Origin: Eledone cirrhosa
Lineage: Eukaryota
Assembly: GCA_964016885.1 (NCBI GenBank)
Contig: OZ024746.1
Location: 59,954,001 to 60,018,000, forward strand
Direction of reading: 5' to 3'
Length of the DNA stretch: 64,000 nt
In this document: piece after piece, positions 1 through 13,177 of the stretch
How positions within the stretch are numbered: position 1 is the first letter of the stretch
Layout: each line of letters begins with the position of its first letter
Notes under the pieces: generated by a model
Seen by the model: the letters and a program-made list of their open reading frames with translations, nothing else
Database searches by the model: none
What the model was told of the DNA's origin: nothing
Made by a program: the position numbers and the translations under genes

Positions 1-44
1 GTTCCTCTCTAAGGAAGACCAGCAGTCTATATATATATATATAT

Positions 45-376
45 GGAGGCACATGGCTTAGTGGTTAGAGCATTGGCCTTGCAATTGAAAGGTTGTGAGT
101 TCAATTATCAGACCGGGTGATGTGTTGTTTCCTTGAGCAAGATACTTTATTTCACATTGCTTCAGTTTACTCAGCTGTAGAAATGAGATGATAGGGACTG
201 GGGTCCATATCATTCCACTTCAAAGTGGTCGTGGAGGTGGCACGGCAAAAAAGCACCCAGCACTCACTGTAAATGAGGTTGGTGTTAGGAAGGGCATCCA
301 GCTGTAGAAATCAAGCCAGAATCAGTTCCCGGCCCACCCTTGCAAGCAGGGAAAAATGGACGTATGATGATGATGA
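45..376 (+). mobile_element. tRNA-derived SINE with RTE-type tail
   Basis: A box tggcttagtggttag, B box gagttcaatt, ccttgagcaagatacttta core, aggaagggcatccagctgtagaa body and a (gat)n tail. Many fragments occur elsewhere in the window. Confidence 0.7.
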
Positions 377-405
377 GATATATATATATATGATGACGAT
401 GTATA

Positions 406-484
406 CAGGGTGTCGCCCCAAAATATATACACACTTTGATTAGAATGCTGTTGAAGTATGTATACATTTTTGGGGGACACCCTG
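406..484. mobile_element. Tiny Tc1/mariner-type MITE
   Basis: TA|cagggtgtc...gacaccctg|TA palindromic element. A partial copy lies near 8280-8335. Confidence 0.7.
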
Positions 485-2045
485 TATATATGACATGATC
501 ACCTGTCCTGAATTGTCTCATAACATGACAACCCATCTAACCCATGCACGTGTGGAAAAATGGACATTAAATAGTGATGATGATGATAGTGTGTGTGTGT
601 ATGCTGTATGGAGTAACTAACATACTATATAGTGTGTTATTTTAAATAACATATAAACAGGTACAACACTGAGTTCCCAGTAACTGATGATTCATCTCCT
701 CAATTTATCCAAATATAATTATGGGACGTGGACATTTGAATTTCTCACAACTTGCCAGATTCATGTTAGGAGGTTAATGCATAGCATTAGATATAATTTT
801 AAACATCTGTAACATGATATTAGGCGGCAAATTGGCCGAGTCGTTAGAACATCGGATAGAATGGTTTATGGTACTCGTTCTGGCTCTCTGCTCTCTGATT
901 TCAAATCCCACCGAGGTCAACTTTGCCTTTCGTCCTTTTGAGGTCGATAAAAAAAGTACCAATCTAGTACTTGGTTCAATTTTTCCTCGAAATCTCTTTC
1001 TCATTTCCTCTCTCTCACTTTCTATCTTTCTCTGGAAGAAATTTGCTGTACTCGGGTCTGGAGAGAGATGGGCTCTGCATGGCTTAAAAGGCCCAAGAAA
1101 TGCTGTATGTCAATACGGCGCCCCTACAACTCTACCAGGAGTTACAGGACCATACATACCATGATATGATTATAGTTGAGGGAATGGATTGGCAGAGTCA
1201 TTAGAACGTTGGACCAAGTACTTTGACGCATCTAGTTAAAACCCTTTATGTTCTGAGTTCAAATCCTGCCACAGTTAACTTCACCATTTATCCTCCCAGG
1301 ATTGATAAAATAGAGTACAAGGGTCAATATAATTGTCTTACCTTTGCCCACAAATTGCTGGCTTTGTGCTTAAATTAGAAATTATTTATTTATATATTTA
1401 TTCAATTTAAACGTCCGTATAGAGCTAGTAAGCCATGAGAGACTAGTGGAAGTATCATGTAGTCCTTACAGTTGGTAATCAAAAAGAGCTAGTGAGACAA
1501 GTAATTAAAAAAAAATTTTAAATAAGGAGGGTGGGGATAAAATATTGAAGGCCAATGGAAAGCAGATTATTATATTGTTCCACAAAATGGATAATCCAGT
1601 ATGGATTTGGAATCAAAGGGAACTAGAAAATCGCTGTTGTATCTGTATATAGTATGCTGTATTGAATAGCGTGCTATATAGTGTTTTGTATAGAATGGTA
1701 GATTGTACATAGTGTTTTATATTAAACCCATGCTAGCATGGAAGATAGACGTTAAACGATGATGATGATGAACATATTGAACAGTATGTTATATGAAATA
1801 ACCGGTACTAAATTTTTTTTTTTTTGTTAAATATGTGAATAATATTAATATGAAAAAAAAAAAATAATAATTTTTAACAACTCAGGACCTCAATAATCTT
1901 CAATGTTTGTTCGATAAAATGTATGTAATAATATGGAAGATATCACATTTGTATCTTTTAATACTTTTGTCATAATACTTCTAACAAAATCATACTGCCT
2001 TTGTGTTTTAATTATCAAAGTAATTGAGAATTATGAGAGGTTTAA

Positions 2046-2235
2046 CTCTTTAGCATTTAAACCAGCCATATCCGACCAGAATTCTCTCCCCTCTTTCTGT
2101 TCAAACCGGCTGTAACGAGCTGCTCATACTTATGTTAAGGTATTATCAAAATCACATAGATTCAATATTATGTGAGGTAAAGCCTTTACCATGAAAATAC
2201 AATAATAAATATAGAGTAATACAAATGCTAAAGGG
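2046..2235. mobile_element. piggyBac-type (TTAA) MITE
   Basis: TTAA|ctctttagcattt...aaatgctaaaggg|TTAA. Related TTAA elements lie near 3010-3235, 15910-16113, 30807-31035 and 48604-48843. Confidence 0.65.
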
Positions 2236-4582
2236 TTAAACTCAAGCATTTAACTATTGAAATCTAATACTTAGCATGTAGTAAAATTTCAGTCTAAAGT
2301 TTGAGTTTAAATTTGAACACTTTAATTGAACTGGCTTCTGCCAGGCTGGTGTTTGAGACATAACTTTACAAAAGACAAATATAAATATTGGTATATTAAG
2401 CCTTTTGTGATCATAATTTTCACAATAATATACTGTCATTGTGTTTCTTTCCTTCTAGTCATTTATTTCTGTCAAAGCAGTGCAGTGCCAACATTGGTAG
2501 CATTGAATACCTTACAGTTTGAGTTAAAATTTTACTGTGGTCAACTTTTCTTTCTTTCCTTCTAGGGTATATAAAATAAGTTTTAGTCATGTACTGCAGT
2601 TGATTCAGTCAAACATATTCCTCATTCATTACAAATGTGTGGTTTGTATCTATAGAAGAAATGCTAGTTTATTCTTGCCTCATTAATTCTATATAACCAA
2701 GTATAATATCAATATAATTTTAGTTTATAAATTGCCTAAGTGTAGCTAAAGTTATTTAACAATTTTGATACCAATAAACAGTTTTGTGTCATAGACTCAG
2801 TAGAGGTTTGCTGACAAAAGGATTGATATACTATGTATACTTGTGTATACCATAATCTTACATACAATATTTACAAAGTATTATATATCTTGATTTGAGG
2901 TGTAGATCCAGTAGGCAAATCACATGTTGGTTTTTCACTTCGTACTTTCATTAGAAAAAGGAGTACCTTATAAACAGGCATATAGGCTAATTTCTCAGAA
3001 TGTACTAATCTTAACTCTTTTGACACCAACCCAGAAAAAACTGGCACTGGTTCTTTCCAACAAAACCACCTATATTAAAGAGTTCCTATTTAAATTAAAA
3101 TCTTTCAGTGATATGTTAAGTTACTATCTTAGTAATGGATAGATCAATAACTTTAGTAAATTCCTCAAAATTATACATTAATTAATTGAAATATATAGTA
3201 TATTTCATTAGAAATACGTTCTCGAAAGTGCTAAACGAACTATTCCGTCGCTAATAAAATTCTGGAGTTGTCTCCCTTTATTGCATAAACTTTTTCCCAA
3301 TTACTAAAATTATATCTTTTTATTTATTTATTTATTCACTGTTTTCAACTCTTTTACCCTTGTGGAACTCTTGAAATAGCTTTCGTGTTTCAGAAGAAGA
3401 CTTGCATAAAATTTATTATACTATTATTAATATCTAAATGCATTAGTTTAAAATGATGAAATGATGATTAGTTTGTTTATTACTGTTGCTCGTGGAACCC
3501 TACAGTTTCAGAGAGCACTGGATGGGAAACACTGAATTAGGCTTTGCTTATGCTGGGGTACCTTTTTAAAAGCATTTAGTCAATCACATAGACTCTAGTA
3601 CTGTATAGAATTTTAATTTTTTAGAGTGTTTTCTTAGTTTAAATTTATGAAGTCAACTATTATATAAATACTATGTTCAAGGGGCTAGAATTGACAGGGA
3701 AAACCAAATAGTGTCAATAAGCAGAAGCTCAAATGAAATCTAAATGAGTAAATGTAAAACAATGAATTACGGTAATATTATCGATGTTTTTATGGATCAA
3801 GACACACTTCCCACTACCAAACCACATAAATAAGGTCACATAGCTCATATAAATATTTCACTTCCATACATCAGAATGGGTCAGATCATCGATGACTAAA
3901 CTGGCAACCCTACTAAACTTATTGGTGAGTTTTGGACACTCTTTGGTATGAAAAATAAAATTTGTCAAAGGGCATAGATTCAAGAGAGTCAACAGCCATC
4001 CATTAGTGTGTAAAAAAAAAAAAAACTGGTAGAGAGAGCTCTTTATCTCTGATTGGCAGTGTGTCTAGACAGATCATTCTGATTTCAAAACCAAGGTAGA
4101 CGGGACTCCTTAGTGGCTCTGGTGACAACTTTTCATGAGCCCAGCAGCTTCGTGATGACGGATGAGCTGCAACTCAGTAACCAGCTTCCAAATAATGGTC
4201 GGATGAGGATTCAAGACCCACCAACGTCACTTTTTTCTCGTTAAGAATCATGAAAATTAGCATTGGTGCTATTGTCCATAGTCCCAGATGCTCAGACCAG
4301 ACTAGACATCAGAACATAATAGCGTAGAAAAATTCATTTCTTCATCATAACATTTATGTTCAGGATAATACCTTGATTCATAAACGTTGATCTGATGTCC
4401 CTTAAAGACCCGTGGTTTACTTTTACATGAAATAATAGAAAAATCCCAAAATGGGGGGGAGTTTCTACTTTTTACACAAGTTCATGATATCCATTCTTTC
4501 ATGTTTGATACTTATTGTATCAATCTCTTTGTTGAACCTCTAACTTATAAGACATGGACATACGTGTACACACATCTATATA

Positions 4583-5461
4583 CAGGGTGCGGACGATTTT
4601 TGTTCGCAATTTTCAACTGCTAATTTTATGCAAATTTTTTTTACTTCCGTTGTCACTCGTCTTCATAAAAACAGTGACTATATTTCCATTATTTATTTTC
4701 AGAATAATTGATTATGAATAATTTTGAACCTCCAAATTTGTGGAAGAGACATGGAGTTCTTCTTGGAATCCGCGCCGGGAGGACAAATAAGACCAGAAGA
4801 TCAACTCCCAGAACAACAGGTGGTTCGCTGTCTCATCCAAAGAGGTGCCCAGAGTCATGCAGACAAAGTTTCCAGCGACAACATTGGTCTTAGGTGTCGT
4901 CAGCAGTGAAGGTGACATCATGCCACCTCACTTCTTCCCTGAGGGCCTCAAGCTGAACACCGATGGCTACATCCACATTCTGAGCGAGGTAGTAAAGCCC
5001 TGGATCGACCAGGTAGCTGCTGGTAGGCCGTACGTGTGGCAGCAAGACTCAGCGCCCTGCCATACCAGCCGAAAGACCCAAGCCTGGCTGTCAGAGAACT
5101 TCGTCGACCACACTTCACCTGACATCTGGCTTCGCAGCTCGCCTGACTGCAAGCCCCTCGACTTCTTTGTGTGGGGCGCAGTGGAACGAGACACCAACAG
5201 ATCTAGCTGCAATATGAAAGACGATCTGAAGGCCAGGATCACAAGTGCCTTTAGGGGCCTAAGTTGGAGGACAGTGACGAAGGCCTGTAGCCGGTTCCGA
5301 GGCCGTCATCAAAGCCAATGGCGAGTTTATCGAGTGAGATCGAAAGAACAAGTCATGAAGACAAACTGACCCAAGTTTGATAAATAAATCTTGAAAAATA
5401 TAACTACTGAGTTACTTTTTCCTAGACAGTAATCTTGCGAACAAATATCGTCCGCACCCTG
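4583..5461 (+). mobile_element. Tc1/mariner maT-family (DD37D) transposon, internally deleted
   Basis: 27-bp TIRs cagggtgcggacgat(t/a)tttgttcgcaa with 1 mismatch, flanked by TA. Transposase remnant VWQQDSAPCH...SSPDCKPLD has 37 residues between the second and third D. The N-terminus is fused to the catalytic region. Confidence 0.92.
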
Positions 5462-8400
5462 TATATGAATAAAAGAACGCTCTCAATCACAGTCCACATT
5501 TTAAGTCTGTTACTCGAGGGAGTTCACACTCATAATATCCACTAGCTGTTCATCCTAGAAAAAAGGATGTGGTCAACACCCATCATCATCATTTTATGTC
5601 CGCTTTTCCCTGCTTGCAAGGGTAGGACCCACTTCAAAGAAAACGTAGGCATCACTACAAAAAGCACCCAGTACTCACTGTAAATAAGGTTGGTGTTAGG
5701 AAGGGCATCCAGCTGTAGAAACGAAGCCAAAATCAGTTCTGTATGAGCAAGACATCGTCTCCTGACCTAGCATTGCCCACAACAGAACAACTCGTCTAAC
5801 CCATGCTAGCGGGGAAAAATGGATGTAAAACTGATGATGATGACTCACAATAGGCTTTGTACAGTTTCTGTCTACCAAATTTCACAGAGAAAGCATTGAC
5901 TACCTTCATGTTATAGTAGAAGGTACTTGACTAAGGTGTCATACAATGGGTGTGTGTGTGTGAGTGTTTCAACGGAAGTTTTCACAATTACATTGCTTGG
6001 GTAACCAGTGGTGTTTGTTTATATTCTGCAACTCAGCAATTCAGAATAAGTGCCATATTTAAAAACAAGGATTTGGAATCAGGAAGGATATTCACTCACA
6101 GAATACTCCCTCAAAAAATCTCATTCAACACATGCTAGTATGATTAATCACAGAGCTGGTACCCTAAGTTAGCTCTATGCTGTGTGTGCCCCATTCTCTT
6201 CCAAATCTAGTTTTTGACACTTCTTGCTTTGACCACACTAAAAAAATTATTGAGCTTGCATTTTCACTATACAATCTGCATTCACTCACCAAATCATTTG
6301 ACAGGTCATAACATCATACTACTACTGTGGATATTTCTACAACATTGTTACACCTGGAAGATGTTTAGCAATTTATTTATTGCAGAAAAATATAATTTAA
6401 ATTTACAAATTTGTGTAAGACTGTGATCCTTTATGATTCAGTAATGAGCTTCATTGAGGTCTGTGTTGTTATGGCATTGATTTAAATGTTTCTGTATTTG
6501 TTCTGGCTCTCTGTGCTCAGAGTTCAAATCCCATAAAAGTCAACTTTGCCTTTTATTTTTTTAAGTACCAGACTAGAGATGATGGATAAACAGAATTATT
6601 TAAAGTGTCTGACATCAATCGTTGTGGTATCTGTTCCAGTTCTGTATGTTCTGAGTTCAAATCCTTCCTCCAGTCACTGAAAGAGCAATCAACTGATCAT
6701 ATCAACAATATGAGCTTAGTTTCTTTGTTTCAAACTCACAATCAGCTTCTTTCCTTGTTTTTTATGCTGTTGTTATTTGTTAGACCCCCGTTGGCTCTGC
6801 TCAAATAAACCTATATTCAGAACTTAAAGGTATGGCCTGTCTTTTGTAGGAATAATCTACTTTAAACTACATTATCTAATGTATCCTTTTTTAAGATGGT
6901 GGGATTTGATTTAAAGTAAATTTAGCTGCTGTTTCTAACAAGATGTGTAACCACACAATGGCTCGTACATTGCTTTGTAATTATGTGTGTGTGTATGTGG
7001 AAAAAGTATAGGTTATTTATATAGTAATGATGATGGATCTTTTATTGGTTTTGATGATGGATATTCGGTTCTTCAAACAACTGAACATCCTACACAAGAA
7101 TTTTATACATTGATCCAGGAAAGATGAAAAGCAAAGTTGATCTCTTCAGTATTTGAACTCTTGAGTACAAAGAACTGAAACAAGTGATTCAAGATATTTT
7201 ATCCAAAACTCTAATGATTCTGCCAATTTATTGTCTCTTCTCCCTACTTTCTTTCTTTTTTTCTTTTACTGTATATACAAAAGTGCTGAGCATTTGAAAT
7301 AGGGAAATCTGAGAAAATATAGGACAAGGTTGTGAAGAATGACCTCAAGAAACAACTAGATGAAAGCATTGACACAGGACTAAGCTGACTGGTGATATGC
7401 TATAATACAAAAGACCTGCCTTTCTGTACCAGTACTGTAACAAAAAGTAAATATAGGGAGAGACTGGAGGCTGCAATGTTGGCAACTGAATAGAGTTGAT
7501 ATAGGGTTTGAGAGGACCTTTCAATCTGAGCATATAACAACCTCTCTAGTGTTGGTGCCACAGTAAAATGCACCCAGCATGAAAAACATAAAATAAGGGT
7601 GAAAATTATGAAATAAAAAATTATGAGCTAATAGTGGTACCAGAGTAAAAAAAAAAATATGCAGTACACAGTAAGGTGGATAGTATTAGAAAGGGCATCC
7701 AGCCATAAAAGCCATGTCAAATATGAATGAGATGGATCGATCTAACAGACTGATCTTAGACCATAGCAATCCAGCCAGCCCATGCCAGTATGGAAAGCAA
7801 ATGTAAAATAATTATAATGATATAGTCATTTATTTTCAAAAGAGTAGCTATTCTTTACTGGTATTTACATATGCCTCACTAACTATTTGCCTGTCCTTCT
7901 TTCTTGATGAGAATAAAATCAGTACTCAACCCACAAAATATGTAATGGAATTGTTTAACTTGTTAGAAATAGCAGCTAAATCTCCCTTAGGTTATACTCT
8001 CCTTGGAAAATGAAAAATAGATTGGATAATGTAGTCTTAGATACACAATACTTAGGAGGGCATTATCATCATAGCTGGAATGGCATTGACCATAGCTCAG
8101 CTTGCTCAGTGCTGACCTAGGGTCAAACAAACACCAGTAAGATGATGTAATAATCAGATTTAATAAAGTCTCACTACCTAATTAGGTATCTTATATTACA
8201 GAACTTCACACATTGTTGGTCTCCTAACTATAACCCTTATACTAGACATGACCCTCATTTATATATATATATATATATACACGGTGTCCCAAAAATGTAT
8301 GCACACTTCAACAGCATTCTAATGTGTATACATTTCCTTTCCTCTTTTACTTCTTGTATCTATCTCATTTTTCTGTCTTCGTAGCACAGCAGTCCAAACT

Positions 8401-10482
8401 ATCTTTTTTTTTCTTTTTGGCTAAGCATTATGTTTCAATCTCTTTCTTTTCAATTGAAGCACATTAGTTTGTAGCATTTTTCAGCTTTGTGTAATTCGCC
8501 AAAAGGCACCATTTTTCTTGTCTCCCTATTTTGTTCTATTACCATTCCATGTACACTGGATGAATAATCTCAACTTTAATATACCAAAACTATAAGTATT
8601 TCTAGAAGTTGACAGAAGAGAAGGGACTGTTCGTTTATCCATTTTCTTTGTCCTGTGTGCTCTCCCTATTTTTCCTATATATTTATATATATGGCTGACT
8701 AACAACAAAATGTTCTTTCTCTCCTCTCTACCCTTTTTCTGTTTTTATTGGTTTTTACTCTCATCTGTCTTCCTTTTTCTTCTTCTTTCTTCCAAACATC
8801 CTTTCATCTCAGTTTTTCTATCTTCTGATCTTCTAATGAAGAACTAGTGTCCAAACGTTAAGACTCTTCCAGCTATATCAAGCATTAAACTAATACACCA
8901 TCATTGTATTGTATTGTTCTCCTGTGTTGTTTTTCCTTGTTGACTTTTGTTTTTATAGATATGTGTTTATGATAATGTGACAACAAAGGTTTGTATCAGG
9001 AAGGGTATCCAGCTGTAAAACGTGATCTTCAAATATCCTGTCCAACCTATGCCAACGTGGAAACCTGGATGTAAAAAATGGTGATAATGATGATATATAT
9101 CTTATACTACAAACAAGACCTACCTGTGTCTATCCTGTTGTTGTTGTTGTTGTTTAATCCCAAGTCAGCTCTGAGAAAGAAGACATAAAAATATTTCATC
9201 TATGACCACTACCATCCACAGGAACAGTGTACATAAGACTACATTATTTATTTATTTAGAGCAGTGTATTGGCAGTATCAGTAGAGCGTTGGACACCATG
9301 CTTCACAGCCCTTTACATTCTGAATTCAAATCCCGCCGAGGTTAGCTTTGCTTTTCATCCATACGGGGTCGATAAATAAAGCACCAGTAATGCACTGGGG
9401 TCGATTTAATCAACTTTCCCCTGCCCTAAAATTGCTGGCCTTGTGCCTATAGTAGAAATCATTATTATCATTATCATCATTATTATTCGACTTTACCCTC
9501 CCATTCAAATTGCTGGCCTTGTGCCTAAAGTAGAAACAATTATTCATCCTTACTTTTAAGACAATAGAGTATGATATGAGGGGGGATTTGGCTACTACTT
9601 CCAACAAGTTGAGTGACAATATACAAACACACTCATTTATGTGATCTATCAAGCTCTTTCCTGGCATGGTTAAAATTCACTGTGACAACAATCTAAACTA
9701 TAATAAAGTAAGGAGTGCGGGACTGCGTCCAGAATATATTTTTTTTATACCGTTTGTAAAATAAGTTAGATTACTTTGAATAAATAATGAATGAATATTA
9801 CATAATTTATCTACTAAATTTTGTGGCTGTTCATTAAATATATTTTATTACTTATTTAAAGATTCACTTCTTTAAAATTTTCAAATGTCAACACTTCCAT
9901 TTAGCGATTGAACATTCATATATTTCCGTCACTAATTTTCTCCTAATGCAGTTTATATATAATATCGTCTCTTTTTAATGTATCATGGATTATGTTACTG
10001 ATTACATAAGAGAGTGTAACGCGAATTTCTGTGTGTATTGTCAATTACAATTTCAGTTGATGTATCATATCTATATGCATATATATTTGCATATAATATC
10101 AATATGCACACTACACATGGTAGCAGAAAATCACCCGAAGAGTGGTTTTCTGCTAGTTTTTATATAATAAAGCTGGTGACACAATAAAGTGTCCCTAGTA
10201 CACTCTGGAAAGTGGTTAGCATTTGGAAGGGTATCCAGCTGTAGAAATGCCAAAAAGGGAATGTAGGAACAAGACATAGTCCTCTTGGCCTGTCTAGTCT
10301 CAGATTGTGCCAACCCATCCAACCCATGTCAGCATGAAAAACATAAAATGATGGTGATGACATCAGGAAATATAGACAAAAACACAAGGATAATTATAAT
10401 ATTTATGTATGCTAGATATATAATTAAATCATGGTGATAGGGTGCTCTTTCCTATGTGAACCAGAAAATGATTCTACAGACT

Positions 10483-11622
10483 TTACGTTGGCATATCTTT
10501 TACTCCTGTGTGAATTATTTTATGTTTAGCTAAGGCAGCACATTTTGTGAAGCCCCTCTCACAGATGTCACACTTGTATTCCATTTCGCCAGTATGTACT
10601 GCCATATGTCGCTTTAATCCACTATTTCTTGAGAAAGTTTTACCACAAATTTCACAGTGGAATGGTTTATCTCCAGTGTGAATCTTTTCATGCAATGTCA
10701 AGCTAGATTTTCTTGAGAATGCTTTATCACAAAAATCACATTTGTGTATTCTACCTCCAGTATGGATCACTGTATGTTGTGTTAATATACCATTACTGGA
10801 GAAAGACTTACCACAAATCTCACAATGGTAGGGCCTCTCTCCAGAATGAACCAATTTATGTTTTTTTAAATGTCCCCTTTCCATGAAAGTTTTCCCACAA
10901 ATTTCACAGTAGTATGGTCTTTCACCAGTGTGAACTCTTTTATGTGTATATAATGTACATTTTTTTGAAAATGCTTTACCACAAATGTCACACATGTGTG
11001 GTTTCTCTCCAGTATGAATGAGTTTATGATACTTTAAGATACTGTTGTATGAGAATGCTTTGCCACAGACGTCACAATCATATGGCTTCTCTCCAGTATG
11101 AACAACCATATGTCTGTTCAATACATGATTACTTGAGTAAGTTTTATCACAGATTTCACAGCTGAATATTTTCTCTCCTGTATGAATCATTTTATGTGTA
11201 GTTAAGCTATTTTTTCTTGAGAATGCTTTGTCACAAATGTCACATTTGTATAATGTACCTCCAGTATGAACCACCAGATGTCGTTTTAACAAACCCTTAT
11301 CTGAAAAGGTTTTACCACAAATTTCACAGTGGAATGGTTTTTCTCCTGTGTGAATCAATTTATGTCTCTTTAGGTTAGAATTTCTTTTGGAAACTTTACC
11401 ACAAACATCACAAATGTATTGTTTCTCTAGTGCATGAACAAGTTCATGTTCCTTTAAACAACTACTATACACAAATGCTTTACCACATATATTGCAAAGA
11501 TATGGTTTCTCTTCAGAATGAAACTGCTTATGTGATTTAAAATCTGAAATATATAAAAACTTTTCACCACAAATTTCACAATAGTATTTTGTCTTTACCA
11601 CATCAACCAGGTTTTCTTCCAT
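10483..11622 (-). CDS. C2H2 zinc-finger protein A (13 fingers, 379 aa, no effector domain)
   Basis: Intact ORF with 13 CxxC-x12-HxxxH units and TGEKP-type linkers. A splice acceptor (ctttgcAG|) lies just upstream of the ATG, with the exon starting at 11645. Confidence 0.95.
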   Translation of the reverse strand: MEENLVDVVKTKYYCEICGEKFLYISDFKSHKQFHSEEKPYLCNICGKAFVYSSCLKEHELVHALEKQYICDVCGKVSKRNSNLKRHKLIHTGEKPFHCEICGKTFSDKGLLKRHLVVHTGGTLYKCDICDKAFSRKNSLTTHKMIHTGEKIFSCEICDKTYSSNHVLNRHMVVHTGEKPYDCDVCGKAFSYNSILKYHKLIHTGEKPHMCDICGKAFSKKCTLYTHKRVHTGERPYYCEICGKTFMERGHLKKHKLVHSGERPYHCEICGKSFSSNGILTQHTVIHTGGRIHKCDFCDKAFSRKSSLTLHEKIHTGDKPFHCEICGKTFSRNSGLKRHMAVHTGEMEYKCDICERGFTKCAALAKHKIIHTGVKDMPT

Positions 11623-12689
11623 CCTCCTGGTTATGTTATTATGCCCTGCAAAGGTAGTGGATTAACAGTATTTAGTTGTCCTTTTATGTTCTCACTTTGA
11701 AATCACGCCAAGATCAACTTTGCCTTTCATCTTTCCAGGTTTGATAAAGTATAGCACCAGTCACGTACTGGGGTTGAAAAATCAAATTTCCCTACCCCTA
11801 ACTGCTGGCTTTGTGCCTAAATTAGAAATCGTTATTACACCATACAATTTTTAATAATCGCAATAAAATACCAGCTTACATTTATCAAAATATAAATCTG
11901 ACAATGTAAGTTCAATATCTTCTCAGAGTTGGTATTTTTGTCAACACAGTTTAATGATAACATTTTCAGTTAGAAATACAGTTTTCAAGATGGAGAGATT
12001 TCCTGAAATATGAGAAAAGCAGCATTAGCATGGATTTAACTGTAACAATCTAAGAAATACAACCACAACAAACATTTTAAAGCTATTTTCCCTGCTAAAT
12101 TTGGTGTTAACCTTATGAACTAATGACATGGTCTTTTTTAAGGTAATGTTTTACAGTTAGATACCCTTTTTATTGACAACCCTATTAGTTACATCTTAAA
12201 ACATGCAGGGATATGGTACATCTACTCTAAGCTGGATTCATATAGTGAAATCCAAGAACTGCATAACTACATATTTATAGTAAGAGGTATCTTTCAAGAA
12301 TATCAGTTTAAAGACAAATAACCCTAGATCGGTGATTCCAAAAGTGGACGTTACTGCTTCCCCAGGGGGGGGGGGGGGGCTGAGAAACTAAAGAAAGACA
12401 CTAAAAGGCAAAGTGGTCTATGGGGGAGGTTGTTAGAAAGCAAAGAGTGGAAAAGGGCAAAGAATGATTTCTAATTTAGGTACAAAGACAGAAATGTGCG
12501 AGGAGAGGAACGTCAATTATATAAACATCAGTACTTGACTGGGACCTTATTTTATCGACGACAGAAGGATGAAAGGTAAAGTTGACCTTGGTGGTATTTG
12601 AAATCAGAACATAAATATAGAAAACATGCACACTTAATTACACTCAACAACGAAGAATGTCGTTGTTTCTCTCTAAAAATGTTATGTCA

Positions 12690-12900
12690 AGCCAAAATAC
12701 TCACGTATTACCGCGGGTGAGTGATAGCGAGGCAAAGGCGCAGGAACAGCCAAGCACCCTCACAAACATCACCTGATACTTCTCTAAGAAGAGCCACTAA
12801 CAATGAAAAAAATTTCGACCCAGCTCCCTCGAATGTCACAGGCTGAAAAATGTAATTTACCGATAAATCACGATATCTCAGTAGCTTATTTCGTGCATTC
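12690..12900 (-). mobile_element. CRE-clade non-LTR retroposon 3' fragment (RLE C-terminus)
   Basis: Translates to KLLRYRDLSVNYIFQPVTFE...EVSGDVCEGAWLFLRLCLAIT, matching the KY..L...F.P...ET.G...WL.QR.S.AI.RGN pattern of CRE ORF ends. Confidence 0.7.
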
Positions 12901-12972
12901 AGTAAAATATAACTGTATACTATCAACACAGCAACTATCTATGTTAAATATACCAGACAAAAGAAATCTTAC

Positions 12973-13080
12973 CCCAAACACTCTGTTTCTTTCTCTTCTA
13001 ATCAAATCTCCCATATCGATTAACGAGCCAAAAAACTGAGCAAAATGTTTTGTTGATTTTTCAGATGGAAGCGGAACTAA
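12973..13080 (-). promoter_or_regulatory. Putative promoter and non-coding exon 1 of ZNF A
   Basis: GTAAGA donor at 12972 (- strand), purine-rich exon end, and GGAAGCGGAAC ETS-like site near 13070. Donor and intron start resemble those of gene C. Confidence 0.55.
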
Positions 13081-13177
13081 GCAAGAGAAGACAACTCTCG
13101 TTATTTCTTTTCTGCTCCCTACGGAATATTGGGCGATCAGAGATCTCCACCGAGCATAATCTGTAAGGACAATCTTG

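Noticed and set aside
45-120. tRNA-like A and B boxes here and at other SINE heads
   Set aside because: No complete cloverleaf, and each continues into a SINE body, so none is called as a tRNA gene.
814-1164. 116-aa ORF
   Set aside because: Mostly a SINE plus a CT-rich tract, with no recognisable domain.
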